A stretch of DNA of 64,000 nt from Neoechinorhynchus agilis. Its lineage: Eukaryota; Animalia; Acanthocephala. Below, in pieces: positions 11,536 to 23,074 of the stretch. Where the stretch lies: contig CM121341.1 of NCBI GenBank assembly GCA_051530055.1, positions 12,440,784 through 12,504,783 on the forward strand, given 5' to 3'. The notes beneath the pieces were generated by a model. The model did no database searches. It had not been told where the DNA came from and was given only the letters and a program-made list of their open reading frames with translations. Numbering within the stretch: the stretch's first letter is position 1; each line of letters starts with the position of its first letter. The translations under genes and the position numbers were made by a program.

Positions 11536-13642
11536 ATGAGTACTACGCCTATTAAGAAGGATGATTTCATGAACACAAAGTCCAATGAAGAGAGCAATGA
11601 TAAAAGATTGACATTTTTAGGAATGTATGATATCCTCAATTGTTCAATTAAATACATCAAAAGTTTAGTCTGTACGAGAAGATAATGAACTTCGTTCGCT
11701 GTAAGAGAAAAGGACAAGATAGTCGAGCCCATAGTATTGAATGGGGCTATGGAGAGACTAATGGCCCTCTTTTATGGAACAAATTTTATCCATTTATAAA
11801 AAAACTTAAACGTCAATCTCCAATCAATATCAATGTGCACGAAACTGTCTTTAATGCAAACCTAATTGGAATTGAAATGAAGCTTAGCTCGAATTGCTGT
11901 AAGATTGTCAGAAATGTTGAATTTACCATCAAGGCAACCGGTGACGCTAATGATTGCTGTAAGTTTCATATTTTTATCCGTTGGAAGGTGAGGTTAGCGA
12001 TTAACTAGCGGAAAATCGCTTGTTTTTGTAATCTCGAATGAATTTTATTCAGGTAAGCAATGATTTAATCTAAAGATAAACAGGAGAAGAATATACCAGC
12101 GTATGGATTTTAGCGAATCTTAATTGAATTATAGTATACCGATGAAAAGGGAAATTTTGAGATTCGCTTGTTTAAAAAATTACTCTCGGTTACATGGCGT
12201 CGACTAAACTTTTCTATCGTGAGCATCCACCCCTTTGGAACTAAATAGGAACCTTATACTTTTGGTGAAAATAACCTCGGTCATCACACATTTGATTTAT
12301 TGGAAATATGTGATCACCGGGATTATTTTCAGCAAAAGTATACTTTGATTTTTATAGATATGTTTATTTTTCCATACACGGCCTGATGGACACACAGTCC
12401 ATCGATTTCAGTCTGGGAAAGCGCTGGCCTGCGCTCAATACCCTAAGACCGTACGGTTATAAGTCTGTACATTTCTCCGGATTCTCAGATACCTCCAGGA
12501 GGCGGGACTCATCAGTGAGTTTCCTCCCCTCAGCGGTATTTCGTTGTCCATTCGGCAGTGTATGGAAAAAATAGACATCTATAAAAGGACTACCGGCTGA
12601 GCCACTCATACGAATGTTATATACTTTGATTAACCCGAAGGATTTTCTATCGATTATTAAATAATAAACGCTTGAAAATTGAACTATTCATGCTTAGCAC
12701 AAAATAGGAAACCCTATCTAATTATTTTCTTTGCATACCTTTTGATTTGTGATAATTCCTGGATTCGGTAAATCAATGCACAGAAATTTCCCTTTGCTTA
12801 CGTTAATGATTTTCCTTTCCCAAAATAATTCAATTTTCGGTTAAGCTAAAGATTTATAAGACAACTTCTTTTATGTTTAGTTACTTCAGGCGGTATTCTC
12901 AAGGACAGATATTGCTTTGATCATTTCCATATGCATTGGGGACCGGACAATCAAACTGGATCCGAGCATGCACTGGATGGGGAGTTTTATCCTGCGGAGG
13001 TAAGAAAACTCCTAATCCGGTTCCAACAGCACCACGTCTTTGCAGATCCACATTGTCTTTTATAACGCAGATAAATATGCTGATTTTAAAAACGCCAGTC
13101 AATCGATGAGCTTTGATGGTCTCGTAATATTCTGTATATTTGTAAAGGTTTTGTTCTGTACCTTTGAGAAATGCGGTTAAACTTTCAATTTGTAGGAAGG
13201 ACAAACAAGTGCTACCTTCTCTTTATTGGCAGAAGCAGCTCATAATTTAACGTATAAAGGAGATACTTACAAACTCCCGGAACAATTTAATGTAAACAAT
13301 CTTCTTCCTGGTAAATTATTTCCTCTGATAATTCCGATTGTATCGCTCGAAAAGGTAACCGAAAACATTTCTTCGCTTATGAGGGTTCTCTGTCCACTCC
13401 GCCGTGTTACGAGTCATGCGAATGGATAATTTACAAAGAACCAATCGAAGTTTCATCTGACGACGTGAGTTTTTCTAGGTAAAATCCTTTTGAATTTAAT
13501 GTCCTAGATATCTGCATTTCGGCATATTCATTGCACGACCGTGGATAAAAGCAGTGCCAAGACGCTACTCTCCACGAACTGTAGACCGCTACAAGCTCTC
13601 AATTCTAGAACTGTGTATCGATCATACCAAGGCATTCCCTGA
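11536..13642 (+). CDS. Alpha-carbonic anhydrase, copy B (7 exons)
   Basis: ATG 11536 (MSTTPIKK...). Introns 11625-11668 (44 nt), 11959-12880 (922 nt), 13000-13045 (46 nt) and three more short ones. Motifs WGYGETNGPLLW, RQSPINI, FHMHWG, AEIHIV, GSLSTPPC; stop TGA 13640-13642. Confidence 0.93.
12255..12342. repeat. 88-bp imperfect palindrome (MITE-like) in CA-B intron 2
   Basis: TATACTTTTGGTGAAAATAACCTCGGTCATCACACATTT pairs with AAATATGTGATCACCGGGATTATTTTCAGCAAAAGTATA. Confidence 0.75.
12349..12590. mobile_element. Fold-back element with ~35-bp terminal inverted repeats enclosing dispersed-repeat copy 3 (12386-12530)
   Basis: TTTTATAGATATGTTTATTTTTCCATACACGGCC and GGCAGTGTATGGAAAAAATAGACATCTATAAAA are inverted. 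A 12-bp direct repeat TATACTTTGATT lies at 12339-12350 and 12620-12631. Confidence 0.55.
12846..13628. repeat. Inverted repeat, right arm, partner 8237-9017
   Basis: See left arm; covers CA exons 3-7 and the intervening introns. Confidence 0.95.
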
Positions 13643-14044
13643 TCAGCCGAATATATTTATTGAACGAAGTATAAAGTTACTCGGTTCTATTAGCTACAGT
13701 ACTATTAGCTGCGTTTTCCTACTGAAAACCTTGTTTCATATTCGTAAAATAAAAGATTCATTATTCATGTTAGATATCATTTCTTTTACTTATTCAAGCG
13801 ATTTATCGACGTGACTTTGATTCCTTTTGCCAATATCTATTAGTACCAATGTGTTTAAAAATGTATCAGGTGAAAATTTGATTATTTTGTATTGGCATTA
13901 TTTTCGGTCGAAATTTCAATTTAGACTTGAATCCGTAAGCTACCATCTTATATTCATTACACGAGTTAAAGGATTTTGAACAATTTTTAAAACCATAGGG
14001 CATTCTTGTGATAAGGAGAACCAAACTAGAAGTTAAACATTTTA

Positions 14045-15064
14045 TTAATACATAGCTGGATTTTGTGTTCGCTCACTCGTTCGAAAGTGGCGTTTCACCA
14101 ATAACTCCTTATTTGTAATCGGAAATGATTCTATGTCGGATTTCGGTTTCTGACTCTTCTCATCTATAAATATTGTAATAATCCGCACCGTTTTTAGACT
14201 TAAAACACTGTGCAATACAACATTAACTTGCTGTTGATTCTTGATTATCTCAACCAATACCAACTGTCGTCGTCAAATTGAGAGTTCGAAATCAATATAC
14301 GCTTACATCACTGCCAAATTTTGTGTAATTATGATAGTGGCACTTTAAACACTTCGAAAAACCTAAAAAATACCAATTGAAATTCAGCTTTTCTGAGTGA
14401 AAATTTAGTGAAAACAACTTTCCAGTTGTACGTTTGGACATTCAAAATTATAAATGGAATGAACTGATTTATTTTAGATTGTTACAATCTCATAGAGTTC
14501 ATCACTCTCATCGGTAGACCTATGAACAGCCTCAATTTTTTCTGTCGCCAGATTATAGCAATGTTTTATATAAAATCTATCTCTTGGTTTGTGCCTACTG
14601 GCAACAAAGAGGATCTTAGATGATCTGGGAGGAATATATATTGAATCCATTGTTTGGGGTTTTAAATCACTGAATGACAAACTTACGTTTACAAGTCGTT
14701 CGAATCGAACAAAGACCCGCATTCCACTGGAAACGCTTGAGTTTTGTGCCACACTTAGAAGGCCGTCAAATCTGTGGCTATAATCATAGACACGAAAATC
14801 AAATCCAAGCTGACACATGATTTTTCCCTGACGCACAGCTAGTTCAATAAGAGCTAAGCGAACCATACTTTGTTGAAAAGAAACTGGTTCGATATTGATT
14901 GATGGCCGACACGATTGGATGGAAAGTCTTAGAGACGGACTGATTTTGCCTGATTGGAAAAATATTGGTAGGATCAAGAGGGGCATAGGAGAGATGCCAT
15001 CAGGAAAACGTGGCCATTGTTTGATCGTCAGACTCACAAACTTATTTATGTGAATATTAGGCAT
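14045..15064 (-). CDS. Hypothetical multi-exon protein
   Basis: 196-aa ORF from ATG 15064 and a 72-aa downstream ORF. A strong GTAAGC donor at 14306 and a CAG acceptor ~14264 link a small middle exon to the last one. The full exon chain is unresolved and no family was recognised. Confidence 0.5.
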
Positions 15065-15355
15065 TATGGAGAATCGACAACTTCACTAATGTCAGGCATT
15101 AAAAAGAGCGAATCCTAGTTGATTTGCTTCATTAAAACTTGCATTGAAGTGAAGAAATTGAACTGTTGCAAATTAAGAGGTTATCGTGGAACTCATTTGT
15201 AGTCCATATAAAATGAATATTGATATTATAATTCGAAAGAGTTTAAAATCTCAGTGTTACATGCATACCTTCTAGAAATTTTTCTTGAAAAACAAAAAAT
15301 TCAGTGAAAATAATGGTTTTTTGCACGTGGAAATACTAGATTACAATTTTAGGGA

Positions 15356-17396
15356 TCATGTATCGCATCCAGTAGGGTGCACAAATTTAGCTATTCTTAT
15401 TTTTAAACCTGGCCAAACAGCAAAGAAATTACAATTTTCGGGATTATTTCCGGCATTACAATTTACAGGTAAAACATTATTACCTTCAGGCGGATATATA
15501 TGTTTTCAGTTAGTTCTTTTTCTAGAATTCTGCTACCAAATACCACATTGCTTACTATTTGCCTTATCGCTCTTCATAAAGAATTCAGTTTCAGTTGTGA
15601 TCAAGATCATCAAGCTCTCTCCGTCGTCCCTGTGCCGACTTCTTCCTAAAACTCGATGAAGACATAGATCCATAACAAGCGGTTGATTGGTTTTTCTCTC
15701 AATCTCATTCACGGTAATCATAAATGCAGTTTGACCGAATACTCCATCAAACCTCTGAGTTCGTGCCCAACGATCTCGAACGTAGCAAATATCGACACTA
15801 TCAAAGAATCTCATAAAGTCACACAATGTTAAGGATTTCACCTCAGATGGTTTCCAAGGATTTATCAACTCAATTAGTTTACCCTTTCGTTTACATCCTT
15901 TAACTGCGTATGCATGATTAGAAACTAGATCTCGTTTGTGGAATTCGGTTTCAGCGACCCGGCTATTGGCACACATGGCACAAATAAGAGCTCGTTGATT
16001 GAACGCCTGTAAGAGAACATTAAATACTGCGCTGCTAGACATGTTTACACCGTCCAATGGAATTGATTGACAGGCAGAAGATCCAGATACAAGTATAAGG
16101 CCTTCAGCGCAACGACCGGATACAATATTCGGGTATCCGCCGCACATGCGAGCTAAGACTTTCTCTAATACACTCACGAACAACTGACCTCGTCTACCAC
16201 GGGAGCAACAAATTATTTGACGGCCGAATTCGTCAATTTGAGCTGGGAATCGATCGTCAGTTAGAATCCACTGCCATGCTCCATCTTTGCAGAGCCGACA
16301 ACATATCGCACACGACTCATTGATTTGAGCAAATGCAGTGGGACTAAACAATTTAGCCAGTAATGAGATTCTATTAGCGCACACGGCAGCACTGATGGCA
16401 CTGATGAACCAGCAATCTCCTAAGGGGCCTTGCTGTATATCACAAGGTCGTACATCTCTGCGGATCAGGCATGTAAACGACGGTTTGGATGAAGTAGTGG
16501 TTCGAAGCCAGGTTAAAGGCCTTCAAGTACTCGTTGCTTGGATCTCTAAGTTGAAGAAAATAAGGAAAGAGATTTATTTAAATGGATTGTGTGGGATTCC
16601 CGATGCTTAGTAAATAATATTGGCTATTTTGCTAACCTCATGAGACCTTATTCTTCTCTTAAAATATTCAATTTTCGAAAATACACTGACAATGAGGATA
16701 GTTTTTCTTTTGGAAGATTTCAACATTACATGGATGCTAAAATTAAAAATAATTTTTAAGCAGTCAAAACAATTCATTTTGGATCGCCGATTTGATGTTC
16801 GTGAAATCTGGCTTCTTTAAAAAAAACGGGTGATTTTTACAAACTAGTAGTTTTATTTAAAAGTGCCAAATTTCTGCATAATGGGTTGCAAAAATAGTTT
16901 GTCTCATTTTAAAGCAATATGTGAGATTTTTGTTCGTTGAGCCAAACAAGTTATACAAAGTCTCTCATACATCACAAAAAAAGTGCTAGGAGGTCAGCAA
17001 AGACGAACTGTTTTCAGGAAAGTGCAACCTTAAAAAGTTTTTTAAAATTCCCAAAAGTTTTAAAGCAACTAGTGCATTACGATTATTCGGGCATTGGCTG
17101 ATAGCCATGGGGATGTGTTCGATATCCGTAAAACGGCATCCTGTAGAATTAAACCTTGCGACAGCCAATGTTAGTTGATCTTTACATTGTCTATATGATG
17201 ACTCATCAGCATTATTGTCTTCATGGTACTTAATCATCATAAAGAATTTGTACCCGTCGAGTCCTTTAGTAAGTACAAAGACAAGGCAGTCTCCGCTATG
17301 ACAATCAAGCCAGTGTGTGTGAGCGTGCCCTACCCCGCCTAGACAGCAAGACGCCCTCACTAAAAGTAATTTATTGATGAAAAAGCTTTTTGACAT
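15356..17396 (-). CDS. Calpain catalytic-domain protease, SOL/calpain-15-like
   Basis: Exon upstream of ORF 16384 gives WLR...DIQQGPLGDCWFISA (catalytic Cys). The ORF has DDRFP, GRCAEGL, NHAY (His), INPW (Asn) and SOL-like FMRFFDSVDIC. The start codon is uncertain (17396 or the MMIKY ATGs ~17243). Confidence 0.85.
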
Positions 17397-17409
17397 AGAG
17401 CGCCAATGC

Positions 17410-20000
17410 TCAAGCCGAGAACATGATGCAACAGTTTCCACCTCCAAAGCCGAAGGCATTCTTTATGGCGATAAGGTCGTTGCTTCCTGGTACTTGTACG
17501 ACTTCATTGTGACCCAGAATATTTGTCTCAGAGCTGCAGGGCGAGCCATTTTTTAAATTTGTTGTACCGATAATCATTCGTTGCTTCAACATTCTACCTG
17601 CCATATCCATGCGTCTGATTTGAAAAGGAACGAAAACATATTTGAAATTCAAATGAAGAAATTGAACTCTTTTAAATTGTCTAAAAGCATCTTATATTGA
17701 TTTAGATTTTTGCCGAAAGCAATATATTAACACATTTGGGACATTGTTCTGTCATGCAGATAAAATTCGCGATTGCGAGAGAGATGCATCTCTTCCAAGG
17801 ATTTATGTGAATCAACTATATTTTCGCTTGATTAATATGGATTCTATGGTCAGGAACGCAAACAAAAAATAAATTTTAAGAGCAGAAGGGGTAGGATACT
17901 CAGATGCTTTATTTCTATTCAATGGAGAGTGTTATTTAGGCCTTCACTCGGATAAACTGACGATGAACCTGACGAGGTTCAAAACCTATTTAATAAAAAA
18001 TTATTTACTGGGTGAAGACCTAAACAATAATTCTAATCATATAACCCGGTACCTCATTTAAGTCACCATTTCATTTAAAATAGCGTGAATTATAAGGATC
18101 ACTCCGGTTCCAGCTTCCCTTCAAAGTGTCAAAGATTTGAGCTTATCGCTTTTATCTAGTAACTATAAAAAACAAGATAAAACTTTTCTGATTGGTACAA
18201 AATGATGAAAGAGATGTGCTAAAGGGTACCATGGATGAACCACCTCTATTGGTCAAATGCGATCAATTTTTAATTATAATTGCTCCTCTTAGGTTAGTGT
18301 ATTTAGTAATTAAAAAAATTACATAATTTTGCTTCTTAATATATTTTCCGTCACAGCTTCAATCTTTCTTAGTTTTTCAACGTCTCATTTCTGTAGACTT
18401 AACATTGGAGCTATCTTCCAGTTGTCAAATGAAAATAAAAGCTACGAGAGACTTTTAATAGATCAACAAGGATGCAATATTTTAGCAAAACTATCTTTCC
18501 AGATTACTGTCTAAACTTTATCTATAATAATTCGATGAGTTTAATGAACAATTAAGTGTTCAACATTGAACCTTCTCATTACAGAATTCGCGTCTTGCAT
18601 GCAACTTTAGAAACATCGAAGGATAAAACCTATAAAAAATTTAATGCGAATTGGAACAAAAAATAGGTTTACGAGAACTTCACGACGGTTGCAATTGATT
18701 CAATAAGTTTATAACTGGATAAAGCGAGAAAATTCGAATTTTGGAAATCGACGTCTATCAACTGAATCTGAAATACAAAAAATAGGAAATGGAACGCATT
18801 ATCGCCGAACAAAGAATCTTCTCTATTTGTCATGATTTACGTTAATCCAGTGCCCCAAAGAGAAATCGGTCCACAAAATCTGACTAAAGTTTGATTATTA
18901 TCGTATTTCCGGCAAAGCAAAGCTACAGACGCCTGGAAGTGAATAATCGACAAGGCTAGCTCTATGGGTCCTGATGCTCCTAATGTGTGTCCAATCGCAC
19001 CTTTCATACTCGAGACATACAAACTCTGACCTTGGAATACACTATCGATCGCTTTAATCTCGAAATGATCCCCTTTAATAGTGCCTGCTGCATGAGCATT
19101 ACAATAATGAACCTGCATATTTGGTTTAAGCGATGAGATAGCTAATCGAATAGCAGTAGATGCTGCATCTTGGTTTAAACTTGTTAAAGAAGCAGAATGC
19201 CCATTTGAAGAAACTCCACATCCCATAACCTCGCCAATTGCTTTGGAAGCGGATTTTCGTTCTAGCACGATTGCACCTGCTCCTTCACTTAGGACAAATC
19301 CATCTCGGTCGGCAGAGAACGGACGAGCTAGACCGTATCGAGATAGTGCTCTCATTCGATCAAAACTCTCCAAGACTAACGGCACAACGCAGCTTTCAGT
19401 TCCAATACATAATGCTGCATCGCATTGATTGCTCATCAAAGAATCATACGCCAATCTAATCGCATCCAGTCCACTTGAACAAGCTGTACTTACAGTGTGA
19501 GATAATCCTCTTATATTATAATAAAGTGGTTCAATACTGCATCTCCCTCCCACCTCCTTCAAGAGACAGAATTGACCATTTCTATATATATCACACAGAA
19601 CAGCTGAAGGAGTATTGGCCAACAATGAAGAAAGACTGCGACTTGTTTTGTTTCCGCCCGATTGGAGTTTTAAGGTAGCAACTACACCAGGCATTCCATA
19701 TCCCAAGAAACATCCTATCCGGTGAGCTGGATATCTACCCAGTACTCCGGATTCCTCAATAGCCTGCGAAGAAGCTTGGTATGCAAACCCAGTCACCCTG
19801 TCGTACTTTGAATCAGAAGCTAATGAGGAACATATCATCACAGTGTCGCATTTTGATCTGTGATTGAACAGAGAAGAGCCCTTTACACTGTTTCCACTTT
19901 CGAAACATAAGAGTTTTTGAAAGCACTCTTCCAATGTGTTTCCCAGGGGGCATATTACTCCTAGTCCGGTTATACTAATCGAAGACAGTGAACGAACCAT
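17410..20000 (-). CDS. OXSM: Beta-ketoacyl-ACP synthase II (KASII/FabF, mitochondrial OXSM-type)
   Basis: ITGLGVICPLG, STACSSG (Cys), RPFSADRDGFVLSEGAG, NAHAAGT (His), SSMKGAIGHTLG (Lys, His). The C-terminal exon QRMIIGTTNL...KNAFGFGGGNCCIMFSA* lies at 17410-~17586 beyond a ~1.3-kb intron whose exact donor is uncertain. Confidence 0.88.
17954..18055 (+). ncRNA. Degenerate Penelope-type minimal hammerhead motif (pLTR relic) in the KAS intron
   Basis: CTGACGA-T-GAACC-TGACGA-GGTTC-AAAAC followed by AATAAA. Core GAAA is mutated to AAAA. Same family as 42060-42245. Confidence 0.55.
18330..18515 (-). mobile_element. Degenerate LINE (CR1/L2-like) RT C-terminal fragment in the KAS intron
   Basis: A stop-riddled minus frame reads FAKILHPC...W..APMLSLQK*DVEKLRKIE, resembling the LINE RP.LEY...W.P....DI..LE..Q motif. 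Confidence 0.45.
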
Positions 20001-21420
20001 TAGATAAAAATTCTGAAATAAAAGTATTAAACAAGACGTTGAACATATATTATAAAGATGACCATTATCAAAATGTAAGAACGAAATTTGAGAGCTACAC
20101 TTTTCAACATAGATAGCTTCGGTTAAGGATTGCATTCGGGTGGTGGGATATGTTATTGTTTAGGTCGCTTTTCGACACTCGAGGGAGATCGTTAAAGAAT
20201 ATATTTCTACCGACTGAATCGGTAATTGTCAATTTAATCTAAAAAATTACAGAGGAATTCGTCACAACACACAAGTGTTCATTTTGACTCGGGACCGGAA
20301 TCTAGAAATATTTAAAAAGATGGTATTTTTAATTCTATTAAATAAATTTGTTTTGAGAATATTTGCTGTTTTATTTTAAGTTCACTAAAATACAGATTGA
20401 AATGTGGCTTAGGTATGCGAAGGAGAAATAAAAAATCTAGGTGGATTTAAACAATGATGGGTTACTGCTTTAGTAAGAAATCGAGAATGGAATTGGTCAG
20501 AAATTTAAATTCTGTAAAAGTTATGAGGGTGAATAATGAATAAAATGAAATGCTCTCTACTTTAGTGGAGCGATAAAAAATAAAATACTAGATTCAAATC
20601 CATCGCTGCTTAAACGAATGTCCAGGGTCTGAATTTAGCCTTACTTTAAACAAACTCGATTAAATCAGAAGAAATAAAACAATGCATTAAGATCCATAGT
20701 TGTTCAAAAGATTCTTCGGGGTAACAAAAAGTCGCCGGTTCATTGATGAAAAGTCTTAATTGAATCAGAAGAAATCGTTCACGCACTTAATTTAACATTA
20801 AAGTGGTGAGGCCAACATGAAACAAAAACGCTTTTTTATCAATGAGAGGAAGGTATCGTTGCAATCCTAACGAGTAGAAATTGATCAAAGTTCATAACTG
20901 TTCAAAAGATTGCAGGCGCTCTTAATTTTGACTCGAAGTGGTGAGATGAACACTGAACAAAAGTTGCCGGTCAACTGATGATAAATCAAAGTCCCGAGTC
21001 GTCGTTTAAAGGATTGTTCAGGGCGTTGGTTTAATTCAAAGTTGCGATATCCAAAATCGTCTCATTATGCTCCGGAACCGAGAAAGTCCTTTTGCTATTT
21101 TTAATCGTATTGTTTCTAAGGTCAAAGTTGTGGCCTCGTCTAGGTTAAGAATGAATATTAAGATTAGTCGGCATTAATCTGTGCTCAGTTCAATGCCCAA
21201 AATTGACTTTCAATGAACAAAAACATCGCAATCAAGAATCATTGAATAAAAACTAAGTTTCGATCACGACGTAACTATGAGTTCACGGCGTATTTCTTCT
21301 AAGGTCTTACGTAAGAACAATGCCCTTAGCATTGAATAAAGGAAATATTGATTCCAAAGGACTAAAAAACTTGATTATTTCGAAGCTTGAAGTACTTTAG
21401 CATTTCAAAACTGCTGTCTA

Positions 21421-22278
21421 TCACGAGTAAAATACTTTATTCAAAAATGGCTGCTTTTTGCTCGGAATCATTGTGTCAAGAATTGATCCCTTACTTCTCC
21501 GTACATAATCGCGAGTGGTTGCCGTTTAGTCCGTCCATCAACGTCACTTGCGATGGAATTAGTACGAGTCCCATGGTAAGAAATCGCATTCCTGTCGAAG
21601 GTTGTGATTGTCGCTTGACTTCCATCACTCGTCAAAGACTTCGTTGTCAGTTGAGCGATCCACTTTTCGACAAAGTCCTTTGGTCGCTCTTTAAATTCCT
21701 TAAACTGGGCGAGACTGGCGATTATATAGCCGGTCGCGCAAACTAGAATGCCGGCCACCGCAGCATCGCGTCCAGGTCCGAAATTGCAGTAGACAGCATC
21801 ACCAAGTTTGGATGCAGCTGCATAGGAAATTAGAGTAATTAGAGATAATGACTGGAGTAGGAAAGCGATGAGTGAAAGGCTCCATGACCAAACGTATGCA
21901 AATATATGGCATTTTGGCCTTACGAGAGCAATTGTGGTGCTGACCATCAATGCTATTATCCACGAAATAGACCAAATGACGAACAAGGCTTGACAATCTC
22001 TCAAAGAAGGAAATATTGATGTCTTAAAGAAAAATCAAGATTTCCTTCGTTAACGTCCCTCGAGGAGATGGATTATAACATGCTACTAACTGTCCAAATA
22101 ATCTACACTCTTTAAACAGACCAACCCATCGACTACTGAAAAGACAATTGTAGGTGCCATTCTGGATGAGAGTGGATAGTAGGAAATTGTCACTCAGACA
22201 TCCACCGATAAAAACGAAACCACCGAAAAGGCATATTGCATTTCCGAAAATAATAAAAGATGTCTTTCTCAAAGGCAT
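21421..22278 (-). CDS. Claudin/PMP22-family tetraspan membrane protein
   Basis: TM1 followed by WVGLFKECRLFGQLVAC (claudin W-GLW-C-C signature), then three further hydrophobic segments and FGPG. One intron lies near 22000-22050 and a probable 41-nt intron at 21454-21494. Confidence 0.75.
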
Positions 22279-22408
22279 ATAAGCGTACTCAGTGAGCAAT
22301 GAGAACGGGTAACTGCGTTTTATGCCTCAAGAAGTGTCTGTCTAAAGGTCTTTTGACCTTGTGACCTATTGAAATGAAAATGGAAATTAGGCAAGGTATA
22401 TGGGGACG

Positions 22409-22750
22409 CCTGCCGTTTATAGCGAATATTTACCGTGACAATTTCTTAGTCCGCCCGAAAATACGCACTATGGTATAAAAGGTGATTACAATTCAAATCT
22501 GGAATCCGTGCTACTTCCTGAGTTTGCCAATGTCATCATTTAAGTGATTATTTCAATTAAAACGACGTGTAAACGTTCACCGTGATGATTTTATTTTAAT
22601 AACTCGTTGTTTAGAATCAATACTTCAAGAATTAATAACTTGTTTTTATGCGCATAAACCATTTAACAGTAAAGTAAATCGCTCTCAGCAGATTTCCCAA
22701 CAAATAAATTTGAGAATTGTGCAAAGTCAACCTTTACATTTATTTATCTA
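22409..22750. repeat. Segment X, direct repeat with 41486-41847
   Basis: CCTGCCGTTTATAGCGAATATTTACCGTGAC...CTTTACATTTATTTATC occurs at both places, with few SNPs and one ~23-bp indel. Confidence 0.9.
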
Positions 22751-23074
22751 GCATCCTTCCAAAAGTTGCGAAGCTTTAGACCAGTGGTTCCAAAACTTTT
22801 TGTCCTTTTCAGGTGAAAACTTTGTCATGGCCCCAAGGTTGAAAATCCACTAAACGCATAAATGAAAACTTTCATTTAAAACAAAATACAAATTTAATGA
22901 CTTTTATTAACTTTAGGGGATATTATAAGATTTTTTATGTCCATATCAATTATCAGCAAACCGTAAATCCACACGAGCACCAATATCAGTCGGGTTCTTT
23001 TCTTTGTTATAAGGTTCATGGCGGCTCTGAATCCATGATCCACCACATGTGAAAAAGGGAAAGGAATTGACAAA

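Noticed and set aside
11355-11732. 125-aa minus-strand ORF
   Set aside because: Antisense to CA-B exons 1-2, whose spliced model is supported by homology to CA-A.
14464-14485. 22-nt micro-intron in the hypothetical gene
   Set aside because: The frame it opens hits a stop before the next donor, so it is not supported.
17410-20000. KAS gene as a recent bacterial horizontal transfer
   Set aside because: It has at least one long intron with TE debris and host-like composition; animals normally carry mitochondrial OXSM.
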